64,000 bases of DNA from Patescibacteria group bacterium (GTDB lineage: Bacteria > Patescibacteriota > UBA1384 > 2-12-FULL-50-11), in NCBI GenBank assembly GCA_038058635.1, contig JBBUAP010000001.1, positions 295,877 through 359,876 on the forward strand. The letters are read 5' to 3'. The notes below the pieces were generated by a model. It did no database searches. It was not told the DNA's origin and was given only the letters and a program-made list of their open reading frames with translations. Position numbers and translations under genes: made by a program. Within the stretch, counting starts at the first letter, position 1, and each line of letters begins with the position of its first letter. Below, piece after piece: positions 1 to 8,714 of the stretch.

Positions 1-2
1 AA

Positions 3-845
3 ACTCTCCTCGCCCGCGGTTTGCGAGCACTACTACCAAAGTTAGTTGGCGACGAGTTGATTGATGTCGTCAAAATCCACAGCGTTGCTGGCGCCTTAAA
101 ACCGCATCAACCGATCGACACCATCAGCCGGCCGTTTCGCAACCCTCACCACACTGCCAGCCCGGTTGCAATTGTCGGCGGCGGGACGACGGTGCGACCG
201 GGCGAGATTTCGTTGGCCCATCGCGGCGTTTTATTTCTCGACGAACTGCCGGAATTTCCCCGCTCGGTTTTAGAGGCCTTGCGCCAGCCGCTGGAAGACG
301 GCGAGATCCATGTCTCCCGCGCTAATCAAGCCGTTACTTTTCCCGCTCGTTTTCAACTCGTGGCGACGATGAACCCCTGTCCCTGCGGTTGGCTGGACTC
401 CGGCGTCAAAGATTGCATTTGCAGTCCGTTTCAGATTAACGCTTACCGCAAACGGGTCAGCGGCCCGATTATCGATCGAATCGACTTATACCTCCGAGTG
501 CCCGCGGTCAAAATCGCCGAAATGCAAAAAGAGCCAAACGACCAAAGCGAACTAACCGGTTTACGCTCGTTAATATCGCGAACCCGTGATATTCAGTATC
601 GGCGCAATAAAAAGCGCTTGAATCACGAACTTAAAAGCGGGGAGTTGCGTACCAAAATCGGTTTGACGCCGGAAGCGGAAAAGTTGCTTCAGCAAGCGGC
701 CGAGAAGTTTGTCATCACCGGTCGCGGTTACCATCGATTATTGAAAGTGTCGCGGACGATCGCCGATTTGGCCGAAGCCGAATTTGTAACGCCGTCGCAT
801 GTCGCCGAAGCACTTCAGTACCGCTTCAGCGAGAGTACTCGCTGA
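3..845 (+). CDS. comM: YifB/ComM family Mg-chelatase-like AAA+ ATPase, 5'-truncated by the window
   Basis: Motifs RPFRNPHHTAS, GEISLAHRGVLFLDELPEF, NPCPCG, SGPIIDRID, RTIADL, HVAEALQYR. Confidence 0.95.
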   Translation, partial: TLLARGLRALLPKLVGDELIDVVKIHSVAGALKPHQPIDTISRPFRNPHHTASPVAIVGGGTTVRPGEISLAHRGVLFLDELPEFPRSVLEALRQPLEDGEIHVSRANQAVTFPARFQLVATMNPCPCGWLDSGVKDCICSPFQINAYRKRVSGPIIDRIDLYLRVPAVKIAEMQKEPNDQSELTGLRSLISRTRDIQYRRNKKRLNHELKSGELRTKIGLTPEAEKLLQQAAEKFVITGRGYHRLLKVSRTIADLAEAEFVTPSHVAEALQYRFSESTR

Positions 846-850
846 AGTAA

Positions 851-945
851 CTCAAAACTCAAAGGTCAAAAGTCAAAAGTTTTGAAAATTGTAATCTCGG
901 TGATTTGAGTTTGTTTGGGATTTGGTGCTTGGGATTTGGGGTTTG
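851..945. repeat. Converging heptamer tandem arrays
   Basis: CTCAAAA-CTCAAAG-GTCAAAA-GTCAAAA facing TTTGGGA-TTTGGTG-CTTGGGA-TTTGGGG between convergent genes. Confidence 0.75.
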
Positions 946-946
946 C

Positions 947-1303
947 TTACGACTGAAGTCGTAAGGCCCAGTAGATCCAGTCGCCGAATTGGTTGAGATA
1001 CGGCGATTTTTGGTCAAAAATAACTGCCGTCACTAGTAGGGCAGCAATAACGACGATACTAACCGCAGTCTTGCGCAGGGCTCGATCGCCCCTCGAGTAC
1101 CCTCGGGGTGACCCTGAGCTGGTCGAAGGGCTGGAAGGCTTAGGACGAGATATTGGAGCCGGAACAACGGCCGACTCGGGTTTCTGAAATGTCTCGATTT
1201 GGGAGCTTTCACCGAAAGAAACGACCGCTCCTTGGGCAACTTGTTGGAGCTGTTGTTTCTTGGCAATTAGCTTTTGGAGGTTTTGTTTCTTCTTTTTACT
1301 CAT
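947..1303 (-). CDS. Hypothetical protein with C-terminal TM helix and an in-frame palindromic insertion
   Basis: Basic N-terminus, hydrophobic segment TAVSIVVIAALLVTAVIF. Confidence 0.7.
   Translation of the reverse strand: MSKKKKQNLQKLIAKKQQLQQVAQGAVVSFGESSQIETFQKPESAVVPAPISRPKPSSPSTSSGSPRGYSRGDRALRKTAVSIVVIAALLVTAVIFDQKSPYLNQFGDWIYWALRLQS
1088..1131. repeat. REP-like double palindrome inside a CDS
   Basis: CCCCTCGAGTACCCTCGGGG followed by CCCTGAGCTGGTCGAAGGG; translates as PSTSSGSPRGYSRG on the minus strand. Confidence 0.7.
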
Positions 1304-1369
1304 TTGGGAGTATCTTAAGTCCTTTCACTCCTTTACACAACCCCGTCTCAACGGTAGAATAATTTCATT

Positions 1370-1443
1370 GCGGGTATCGTATAACGGTATTATGCCACGT
1401 TGCCAACGTGGAGTCGCGGGTTCGACTCCCGCTACCCGCTCCA
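1370..1443 (+). tRNA. tRNA-Gly(GCC), CCA encoded
   Basis: Acceptor GCGGGTA/TACCCGC, anticodon arm CCACG-TTGCCAA-CGTGG, GGTTCGACTCC T-arm; TAGAAT at 1355-1360. Confidence 0.97.
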
Positions 1444-1866
1444 ATGTCAGACAACCAGAAAAAGCTTATTGAACTTGCCCGGAGTCTGCTTGGCAAGCTG
1501 TATAAATATGGGGCAAAATTGGAGGAAGCGCCGGAAAGTTTTGATTGCTCAAGTTTCGTTCAGTATCTCTACAAACAAATTGGGTTTGACCTGCCCCGAA
1601 CAGCGCTGGCTCAAGCTTCAATCGGTGAGGTGGTGGCTCCGGGTAAAGAGAAACTCCAGCCAGGCGACTTACTTTTCTTCAAGGGCGGTTGGGGGCATTA
1701 CAACCCGGAATTTCCCGATGGAATTGGTCATGTTGGAATTTATATTGGCGAGGATAAAGTTATTGACGCTCGCTCGGACGGGAAAGAGGGTGGAAGCGTA
1801 ATTGAAGAGCCAGTAATAAACTTTGTTGACCGACCGGATTTCGTGGTTACCAAAAGAATCATCTAA
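1444..1866 (+). CDS. NlpC/P60 (C40) peptidase
   Basis: YKYG...FDCSSFVQY, LQPGDLLFF, GHVGIYIG; ATG directly follows the tRNA CCA. Confidence 0.92.
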   Translation: MSDNQKKLIELARSLLGKLYKYGAKLEEAPESFDCSSFVQYLYKQIGFDLPRTALAQASIGEVVAPGKEKLQPGDLLFFKGGWGHYNPEFPDGIGHVGIYIGEDKVIDARSDGKEGGSVIEEPVINFVDRPDFVVTKRII

Positions 1867-1912
1867 AATAGTCTCGATAATTGGGCATGCTCCAGGTATA
1901 ATACAATCGTTC

Positions 1913-1983
1913 GGCCAGATGCCCGAGTGGTTAGGGAGCGGTCTGCAAAACCGCGTACAGGGGTCCGATTCCCCTTCTGGCCT
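1913..1983 (+). tRNA. tRNA-Cys(GCA) with atypical T-loop
   Basis: Acceptor GGCCAGA/TCTGGCC, anticodon arm GCGGT-CTGCAAA-ACCGC, U73; T-loop TCCGATT; TATAAT at 1897-1902. Confidence 0.93.
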
Positions 1984-1987
1984 CAAA

Positions 1988-2533
1988 ATGTTTCAGATTG
2001 TGCTTAACGGTCAAAAAATTAGAGCGACCGAGTTTAAATATCCGTGCCTTATTCATGGCAAACAAGGCTCGGGAGCTTCACAATTTACAATTTTCCTTGC
2101 GTCAGATCTATTAAGGCTGGGCAGGGAGGTTATATTTTTTAGTGCCTTTCCTGCCGGCAAGGCAAATCTTCTTGACCAGTTAGGAGACGCCTCTACAAAA
2201 GTGATGCTTCCCGAGTCTGGTAACGAAGAGGCCTTCATAGAGGCGCTTAACAAAGCTAGCGGGGATTCGTTGGCTGTAGTTAAGAATATCGAGGAGTACA
2301 GCAGACAGTTGATGCAGAAAGTTGTCGGTTATGAAAATATCGTCCTTTCCGGGGATTTTGATTTGTTTAAGCACACCGATATCCTACCAGAAGCCCAAAT
2401 ACGCATAATGTTTTCAGCTGTGAATCTACCAGGATTTCCTCGGCAGCTTCCCGCGCTCGACAAATATGAGGGGTTCCTAGCCAGTAACGCTTCGTCGGGT
2501 AGGGTTTCTCTCGCGGTTGGCGAGGGAGAGTAG
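1988..2533 (+). CDS. Small P-loop NTPase-like protein with degenerate Walker A
   Basis: LIHGKQGSGASQFT followed by GREVIFFS; start moved to the ATG after tRNA-Cys. Confidence 0.65.
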   Translation: MFQIVLNGQKIRATEFKYPCLIHGKQGSGASQFTIFLASDLLRLGREVIFFSAFPAGKANLLDQLGDASTKVMLPESGNEEAFIEALNKASGDSLAVVKNIEEYSRQLMQKVVGYENIVLSGDFDLFKHTDILPEAQIRIMFSAVNLPGFPRQLPALDKYEGFLASNASSGRVSLAVGEGE

Positions 2534-2607
2534 GCTTCTCTCGAACAGCCAGAATTTTGTATTTCAAGGTTGACCACTAGCTCTGCCGGTGGTAGCATAT
2601 CTCCTAC

Positions 2608-2823
2608 ATGGCTAATATTTTGCAAGTGGGCCAAGTGGTATCCGGGATTCTATTGATCCTGTCGATCCTACTTCAGCACCGGGGAACCGGACTTGGCGGC
2701 GCATTTGGGGGCGAAGGCGTTAGCTACCGTAGTCGAAGAGGCGTTGAACAGCTGTTATTTCGCGGCACGATTTTGTTGGCGGCGATTTTTCTGGTTTGTT
2801 CGGTGGCGCAACTCTTCGTCTAG
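2608..2823 (+). CDS. secG: Preprotein translocase subunit SecG
   Basis: ILLQHRGTGLGGAFGG...RRGVEQLL, two TM helices. Confidence 0.93.
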   Translation: MANILQVGQVVSGILLILSILLQHRGTGLGGAFGGEGVSYRSRRGVEQLLFRGTILLAAIFLVCSVAQLFV

Positions 2824-2829
2824 CCCAAT

Positions 2830-4152
2830 ATGTCACTACCCGATTTTTGGGCTGATATATTCAAAAAACCTTGGCGTCGGCTCGGCCGAATCATTGCCAA
2901 GCACGAAAAAGTGCTCTTAGCGATTTTAGCGGTCGTTATTTTAATTAGCGGCGGTTTTTGGTATCGGCAATTCTCCCAAAAGGATGCCAGCCAGCCGACT
3001 ATCGGCGGCACTTATGTTGAGGGGATCGTGTTCGATTCCGACAAAAAAGAGCTCAATCAAATTACGATGCGGCTGACTAAAGCCGGATTGCTCGGTTTTT
3101 CCGCCGAGGGTAATTTGGAGCCGCAGTTGGCCGAGAAGTGGTCGACGAATGACACTAAAACGGAATTCCGGCTGACGCTGGAGGCGAACATTGATCGCGG
3201 GGAAATTGTTGACGCTCTCCAACAAAGAAGCGATCTGCTCGGCAATGTCGATGTTAAAGCCGATGCCGAACGCGATATCATCCTGACCGTGACCGAAGCT
3301 AGCCCGAGCCTGCCATTACTTTTAACTCGACCGATGTTTGATTACGGACCGTATAAACTCGGTAAAGCCAACGACCAAACGACCGTTTTCTCCCGCAACA
3401 CCCGCAAAGGAGCGCTGGCCGCCTACATCAATAAAATTATTATTCATACTTACCCAAACAACGATGAGCTGAAAGATGCCCTGGTTCGCAACCGAATTGA
3501 CGGGGCGGTTTTGCCTTCGAGCAACGAGACGATCAAAAAGTACCAACGAATTGAGATTGGTCTCAACCGCTATTACGCCGTCATGTTCAACATCAATAAA
3601 GTGCCGTTTCGGGATGTTGGTTTGCGCCAGAGCTTAATCAATAGTACTGGCGCTAGTGCTCAACCGTTCAGTCTGACGGCGCCAGATCAAGAGCCGTACA
3701 AGAGCTTGAGCCAAGAATTGGTGACGAAATGGCAAGCGCTGGGTGCTAAAGTCGAACTTGATTTGCGGCCGCTGGAAGAAGTGACTGGCTCGATCGGCCC
3801 GACTCGCAACTTCCAGGCCTTGCTCATCGGGATCGATTACGGTGCGGAGCTCGATCCTTACTACATCTGGCATTCAACTCAAGTTCGAGCAACTGGCAAC
3901 AATGTCACCGGCGTTCGGGAAGAGGCGGTGGATAAACTGGTTGACCAAATCCGTTCGACGCTTGATGTTAGCGACCGAGAAGATTTGATCGTCCAACTTC
4001 ACCAATTACTAGCGACCAAGGGTGTGGCCTTGATTCTTCAGGGCGAAAAAGTGGAATATTACCTATCAAACAAAATCCATTTTGTCGCCCCAACTTTGCC
4101 AAAATCCTCGGCTGACCGATTCCTCTTAGCCGCCCAGTGGTCAGTGAAGTAG
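2830..4152 (+). CDS. ABC transporter substrate-binding protein, family 5 (OppA-like), membrane anchored
   Basis: GGTYVEGIV, LEPQLAEKW, GPYKL, DPYYIWHSTQ. Confidence 0.85.
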   Translation: MSLPDFWADIFKKPWRRLGRIIAKHEKVLLAILAVVILISGGFWYRQFSQKDASQPTIGGTYVEGIVFDSDKKELNQITMRLTKAGLLGFSAEGNLEPQLAEKWSTNDTKTEFRLTLEANIDRGEIVDALQQRSDLLGNVDVKADAERDIILTVTEASPSLPLLLTRPMFDYGPYKLGKANDQTTVFSRNTRKGALAAYINKIIIHTYPNNDELKDALVRNRIDGAVLPSSNETIKKYQRIEIGLNRYYAVMFNINKVPFRDVGLRQSLINSTGASAQPFSLTAPDQEPYKSLSQELVTKWQALGAKVELDLRPLEEVTGSIGPTRNFQALLIGIDYGAELDPYYIWHSTQVRATGNNVTGVREEAVDKLVDQIRSTLDVSDREDLIVQLHQLLATKGVALILQGEKVEYYLSNKIHFVAPTLPKSSADRFLLAAQWSVK

Positions 4153-4193
4153 TGAAATTACCGCCTGTAACGGGTATGATATAGATTGGATTG

Positions 4194-4276
4194 GCCTGGG
4201 TGGTGGAATGGCAGACACGCTGGATTCAGGTTCCAGTGCTCGCAAGAGTGTGGAGGTTCGACTCCTCTTCCAGGCA
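4194..4276 (+). tRNA. tRNA-Leu(CAG)
   Basis: GCCTGGG/TCCAGGC acceptor, CTGGA-TTCAGGT-TCCAG anticodon arm, long variable arm, GGTTCGACTCC; TATGAT at 4175-4180. Confidence 0.96.
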
Positions 4277-4279
4277 CAT

Positions 4280-4957
4280 ATGAAACCACTAGGGAGGGTG
4301 TGTTGCGATTGGACTCCAGAATTAGCGTATGCGATTGGATTGATAGTGACGGATGGGAGTTTATATAATGATGGACGACATCTAAACCTTACATCTAAAG
4401 ATCTTGAGCAAATAAAAACTTTCGCGAGTATTCTGGGGCTAAAAAATAAAATCGGCAAAAAAGCCAGTGGCAGTAACAAGTCTAAGGATTATTATAATTT
4501 TCAGTTCGGAGACGTCAACTTCTATCGCTTTCTTGTCTCGATTGGGGTGACTCCAAATAAAACTAAGACGATCGGATCGGTAGATATTCCGAAGCGATAC
4601 TTTCGCGATTTCTTGAGAGGTCACTTCGATGGGGACGGGTGCACGTATTCGTACTACGATCCTCGTTGGCGCAAGAGCTTCCTGCTTTACTTAAATTTTA
4701 TATCTGCAAGCAAAAAACACATGGTATGGATTTGTAAGGAGATAGCTAGCAATGCAGGGGTTCAGGGAAGGGTTACGCGCTCTGGCGCAAGTATTTTTCA
4801 GGTGCGCTTTGCAAAATACGATTCGATGAAATTATTTAGATTCATTTATTACAAACCCGAGCTACCCTGTTTGACTAGAAAGAGGCTAAAGTTTACCGAG
4901 GCAGTAACGCGTGCAACCCTAGCTACGGAGTCGACTACGCAGTATAATTACACGTGA
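4280..4957 (+). CDS. Free-standing double-motif LAGLIDADG homing endonuclease-like protein
   Basis: LAYAIGLIVTDGSL and RDFLRGHFDGDGC motifs; segment is visibly AT-richer than its neighbours. Confidence 0.9.
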   Translation: MKPLGRVCCDWTPELAYAIGLIVTDGSLYNDGRHLNLTSKDLEQIKTFASILGLKNKIGKKASGSNKSKDYYNFQFGDVNFYRFLVSIGVTPNKTKTIGSVDIPKRYFRDFLRGHFDGDGCTYSYYDPRWRKSFLLYLNFISASKKHMVWICKEIASNAGVQGRVTRSGASIFQVRFAKYDSMKLFRFIYYKPELPCLTRKRLKFTEAVTRATLATESTTQYNYT

Positions 4958-4960
4958 TTT

Positions 4961-5047
4961 GCCCAGGTGGAGAAATCGGTAAACTCGCAGCCTTGAGGTG
5001 GCTGTGCTCGAAAGAGCTTGGAGGTTCAAGTCCTCTCCTGGGCACCA
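4961..5047 (+). tRNA. tRNA-Leu(GAG), CCA encoded
   Basis: GCCCAGG/CCTGGGC acceptor, CAGCC-TTGAGGT-GGCTG anticodon arm, long variable arm. Confidence 0.96.
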
Positions 5048-5149
5048 CGTAGTAACTTGTTCGGAAATGACTGCTCCGCGAGGGTGCGGCGGATCTTTAC
5101 CCAGCACCAGTAGTAACTTTTGGGCTGAGTGATACGATGATGAAACAGA

Positions 5150-6634
5150 ATGAAAGAGTTGGATTTGGTTGCTTATATCAAGGAACAGCTTGGCTCCAAG
5201 CAAACCGTTCAGGCGGTTATTACCTCCTTGGAAGCCGAGGGCTATAACCAAGAACAGATTGATGCGGCATTTCGGCTGGCTCTCCATCCCGCAAGTAGCA
5301 TTAACGGCGGCGGGGCAATTGGAAGCTCCGAGCCCAAAAAGGCCCTCTTCAATTTTAGTCATTTCGACTTAACACGCGCCTTTCTTTTTCTTGGCTCAAT
5401 TCTAGTGCTCGTCGCCCTGATCATCGTTATTTATTCGCAGTGGGCGACCGTCACGCCTTTGGTGCGTATTTCCTTTTTGGCTCTGCCGATGCTGGCCTTG
5501 TATCTAACGGCCGGGTACTTAGCAAAAAAGCCCAACTACAGTGATGCCTTTCGAATCTGCTTGGCGACGGCTAGCTTGATGCTGCCTTTTACCATCGGCA
5601 CTCTTCTTTATCAAACCGGCATTCTACCGACGATCGGCGAGCTCCTCTTTTTCTGCTCGGCCGCCAGCGCCTTAATTATCTACATTCTCTTTGAATACAT
5701 CTTCAAACAAACCTATCTCTCGTTTTTGACGGTGACCGCTTTCGCTGTGGCCTTGGTCTCGTTACTGACGACTTTGGCGCTCGATATCCTACCGACACTC
5801 TGGATAATGCTGATCGCCTCGGCCCTCGTCGCGGCCTGGGGAATATTTTTAGCCAGCCGGCAAAGGTCGGGCTGCAGTATTTACATTACCGTTGGGACAA
5901 TCGCCACCCTCGTCCTACTGCCAGCCAGCACTCTAACCACCCTCGGTCAAAACGCCGGCATTTCCTATCAGTCGTCGCTCGTTATTGTGGCCGGCTTTGG
6001 TTTGCTCAACCTGGCCGTTGCCTCGTTCTATAATGTTTGTCGAGGCCTCTGGCAGCCGGAGGTTTTTTATCGCATCAAACGCTTACTGGAAGAGACAGCC
6101 ATTCTGGTGATTCTGACGCCGTTGTTGATTTTGGGCTTTCAAGAAGATGCCTACATCTTCGTGGCTTTGGCTTTCAGCTTGGGCTTCGTCCTGCTACGAA
6201 CCCAAGTGGCGATTTCTAGCTTGGCCACTTTTGGGGCAATAGGCACAGTCATCAGCGTTATTGCCATCTCTAGCCAATTCTTTGCCGATTCGATCGGTTG
6301 GCCGATCATTGTTTTTCTGGCCGGCTTCGTCGCTATCGGCTTGGGTTTACTAATTCGAAAAATGACGGTCTTCAATCGATTCAACACTCAAGCGACGCTG
6401 CGGCTGGGCTTGGGGCAGGATCCGGCTTTTGAGTCGCGAGGCCATACCTTCGCCTGGGCCAAGACTCTGGGGGCGCTACTACTAATCTTACTGCTGTTCC
6501 AATTTGTGGCAGCATCGCTGACGGGGCTTAGCGGTAATCGCAATTTCGATTCACCAACAAAGACCCCGACTGAGCCGTATCAAGAGCGAGTCCCCGCTTC
6601 ATCTAGTAGTGTTGAGGAGGCGATCGGTGATTAA
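5150..6634 (+). CDS. Polytopic membrane protein (DUF2157-like)
   Basis: N-terminal LVAYIKEQL...LEAEGYNQEQIDAAF helical domain, then about 13 hydrophobic segments. Confidence 0.75.
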   Translation: MKELDLVAYIKEQLGSKQTVQAVITSLEAEGYNQEQIDAAFRLALHPASSINGGGAIGSSEPKKALFNFSHFDLTRAFLFLGSILVLVALIIVIYSQWATVTPLVRISFLALPMLALYLTAGYLAKKPNYSDAFRICLATASLMLPFTIGTLLYQTGILPTIGELLFFCSAASALIIYILFEYIFKQTYLSFLTVTAFAVALVSLLTTLALDILPTLWIMLIASALVAAWGIFLASRQRSGCSIYITVGTIATLVLLPASTLTTLGQNAGISYQSSLVIVAGFGLLNLAVASFYNVCRGLWQPEVFYRIKRLLEETAILVILTPLLILGFQEDAYIFVALAFSLGFVLLRTQVAISSLATFGAIGTVISVIAISSQFFADSIGWPIIVFLAGFVAIGLGLLIRKMTVFNRFNTQATLRLGLGQDPAFESRGHTFAWAKTLGALLLILLLFQFVAASLTGLSGNRNFDSPTKTPTEPYQERVPASSSSVEEAIGD

Positions 6635-7946
6635 ATTTAAGGGGCCGTTATCTCTCCTGGCAATAGTTCTGGTGGCGATCGGCTTAATCGTCGCCGTTTC
6701 GGTTTGGCTGGCCAATATCGAAGGCGGCGTTAGTTTTACGGCCACGCCACTTACCCTTACGAATACAAATTCCCAGCCGGGAATATTGGCTCAACAGTCA
6801 ACCTCGTTAAATTGGCTCGATCCAACTAGCGGTCAGAGCGTCAAAAAAATAACGGTCGAAGGCTTGAACGATGTCTCGACGGTTACTTACGATACGACCA
6901 GCACTAATCAGGAAATCTACAAAGTTTCTTCCGATGGCAAGTACCTGGCGTTAGCTAGCCCGACAACGACCGTTCTCTACGGTTATCCCTACTCGAAAAC
7001 AAATACGGTCGAGGCGACGATCGTAATCGTCGATCTAGCCAGCGGTGAGGCTCAAACAGTCGTCAAATTCGATCCCAAAACGGCGCTGGTGGATATCGCC
7101 TGGGATTTTTCCAACCCTGATGTGATTGGCTTTGCCACCGTCTCTAAAGCCAGCTTGAGTAACCGTTACGAGGTATTACCGATGATGATGCTTTACCCGG
7201 GCCCAGCTACCAATTTGGGTAAATTACACCTAACACGACTGGATTTACGGACCGCTCAATCAAAAAGTACGGAATACGAATTAAGTAATGTCAACTACAA
7301 TCCGCCCATGTTAATGGGCTTAAACGAGACCAAGTTTTGGCTGATCAACAACTCGCTGACTTCCGTTAGTGCTGAAGGCGCGGTCAGTCAGGAGAGCGAC
7401 GTAGTTGCAACTTCTGCATACTACAACAGCGCCAATTTTGGCAATCTCGCCACCAACAACGATCATTCGGTGGTGGCGCTGACTGCGGACAACAAGATCG
7501 TCGTTTACTGGCTCAAGACTGGTCAAAAGCAGGAGCTTAATTTAGCCCAGACCAGTAGAAATATCCAGGTTACTAGCCTAGCGGTATCTAGGAGCGGTAC
7601 CGAGATTGCTTTTGTTGGCCAAACTCTCAATTCAGGAGCGGCGCCAGTTTATGTCAGCCAAAGCCTTCTCTGGTATTACAACCTTGACACCGGTGTTAGC
7701 GAAGAGCTAATCACTTGGACCGACAGCCCAACATTTGGTGGGGTTAAACCCATTCAGGCCGATCAAATTAGTCGGTCGCTGGTTTGGTCGCCGGACGGTA
7801 AGCAGTTGGCGGCAATTTTGCCAAAAAGCGATTCCGCGAGTCCGCTGGCGCAATCAGAGCTGAAAATTTTCACGATTGGAACAAACGGTCGGACAGCCAC
7901 GGTAGACTTGGGAGCTGTCAGCACTCGACTGATTCGCTGGCAGTAG
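6627..7946 (+). CDS. Membrane-anchored beta-propeller protein (TolB/WD40-like)
   Basis: N-terminal TM; repeats VSSDGKYLA, VSRSGTEIAF, WSPDGKQLA; GGAGG upstream of GTG. Confidence 0.75.
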   Translation: MIKFKGPLSLLAIVLVAIGLIVAVSVWLANIEGGVSFTATPLTLTNTNSQPGILAQQSTSLNWLDPTSGQSVKKITVEGLNDVSTVTYDTTSTNQEIYKVSSDGKYLALASPTTTVLYGYPYSKTNTVEATIVIVDLASGEAQTVVKFDPKTALVDIAWDFSNPDVIGFATVSKASLSNRYEVLPMMMLYPGPATNLGKLHLTRLDLRTAQSKSTEYELSNVNYNPPMLMGLNETKFWLINNSLTSVSAEGAVSQESDVVATSAYYNSANFGNLATNNDHSVVALTADNKIVVYWLKTGQKQELNLAQTSRNIQVTSLAVSRSGTEIAFVGQTLNSGAAPVYVSQSLLWYYNLDTGVSEELITWTDSPTFGGVKPIQADQISRSLVWSPDGKQLAAILPKSDSASPLAQSELKIFTIGTNGRTATVDLGAVSTRLIRWQ

Positions 7947-7973
7947 CCACTTCTGTTTGTTACACTATTACGA

Positions 7974-8714
7974 ATGAGAAGGTGGGCTAAAGTACTAGCG
8001 TGGACAGGCGTCAGTCTGGTTGGGCTGGGCGTACTTTTATTCGTCCTCGGCCCGGCTCTTTTTGCTAGCATCGCCTACCCGCTACCTCAAGAGTATCAAC
8101 AAACTGTTTGCGATGAAGCCAAGAACTTCAATGTTGAGCCAAAACTTCTGGCCGGACTGATCTTTACCGAGAGTCGCTGGATTCCGACCGCCCAATCTGG
8201 TGCCGGCGCCCAAGGATTGACTCAATTTATTTCCGGTACGGCTATATCAGTGGCGAAGCACTTGGAGGTCAGCCCATTTCAGCCCAGCGACCTTAAAACT
8301 AATCCGAAGATGGCGATCAGATTCGGGGCTTACTATCTGGGCGATTTAGTTAATCGGCGTTACGGCGGCAATAAAATCAAGGCCTTGATCGCCTATAACG
8401 GCGGTGGCGGCGCTGTCATCGGCTACGAACAGGGCTATCCGTTCAAAGGGACGCTGGCTTACGCCAATAAAGTAATAGCCGTTGGTGATATGTATGCAAA
8501 TATCTACGGCGACTGGTGCAACCGGGCCGAGTTGCCTAATCTGTCGGCCAAAGCCCAAAACCCCACCGATCTGTTGACGACCATCAACATCGGCGATTTC
8601 TGGAAAGGACTCTTGAGTAGCGAAGCGGTCACGAATGATGGTCAGGCAGATACCACCAATGATTCAAAGAGCTTTGATTTCGGCTCGTTTTGGCAAAGAC
8701 TTATTAATAATTGA
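7974..8714 (+). CDS. Lytic transglycosylase (SLT domain)
   Basis: IFTESRW, SGAGAQGLTQF, ALIAYNGG. Confidence 0.92.
   Translation: MRRWAKVLAWTGVSLVGLGVLLFVLGPALFASIAYPLPQEYQQTVCDEAKNFNVEPKLLAGLIFTESRWIPTAQSGAGAQGLTQFISGTAISVAKHLEVSPFQPSDLKTNPKMAIRFGAYYLGDLVNRRYGGNKIKALIAYNGGGGAVIGYEQGYPFKGTLAYANKVIAVGDMYANIYGDWCNRAELPNLSAKAQNPTDLLTTINIGDFWKGLLSSEAVTNDGQADTTNDSKSFDFGSFWQRLINN

Noticed and set aside
4208-4279. ORF-track starts inside or upstream of tRNAs (also 1400, 1408, 1823)
   Set aside because: These extensions translate through tRNA sequence; better ATGs follow the tRNA 3' ends.
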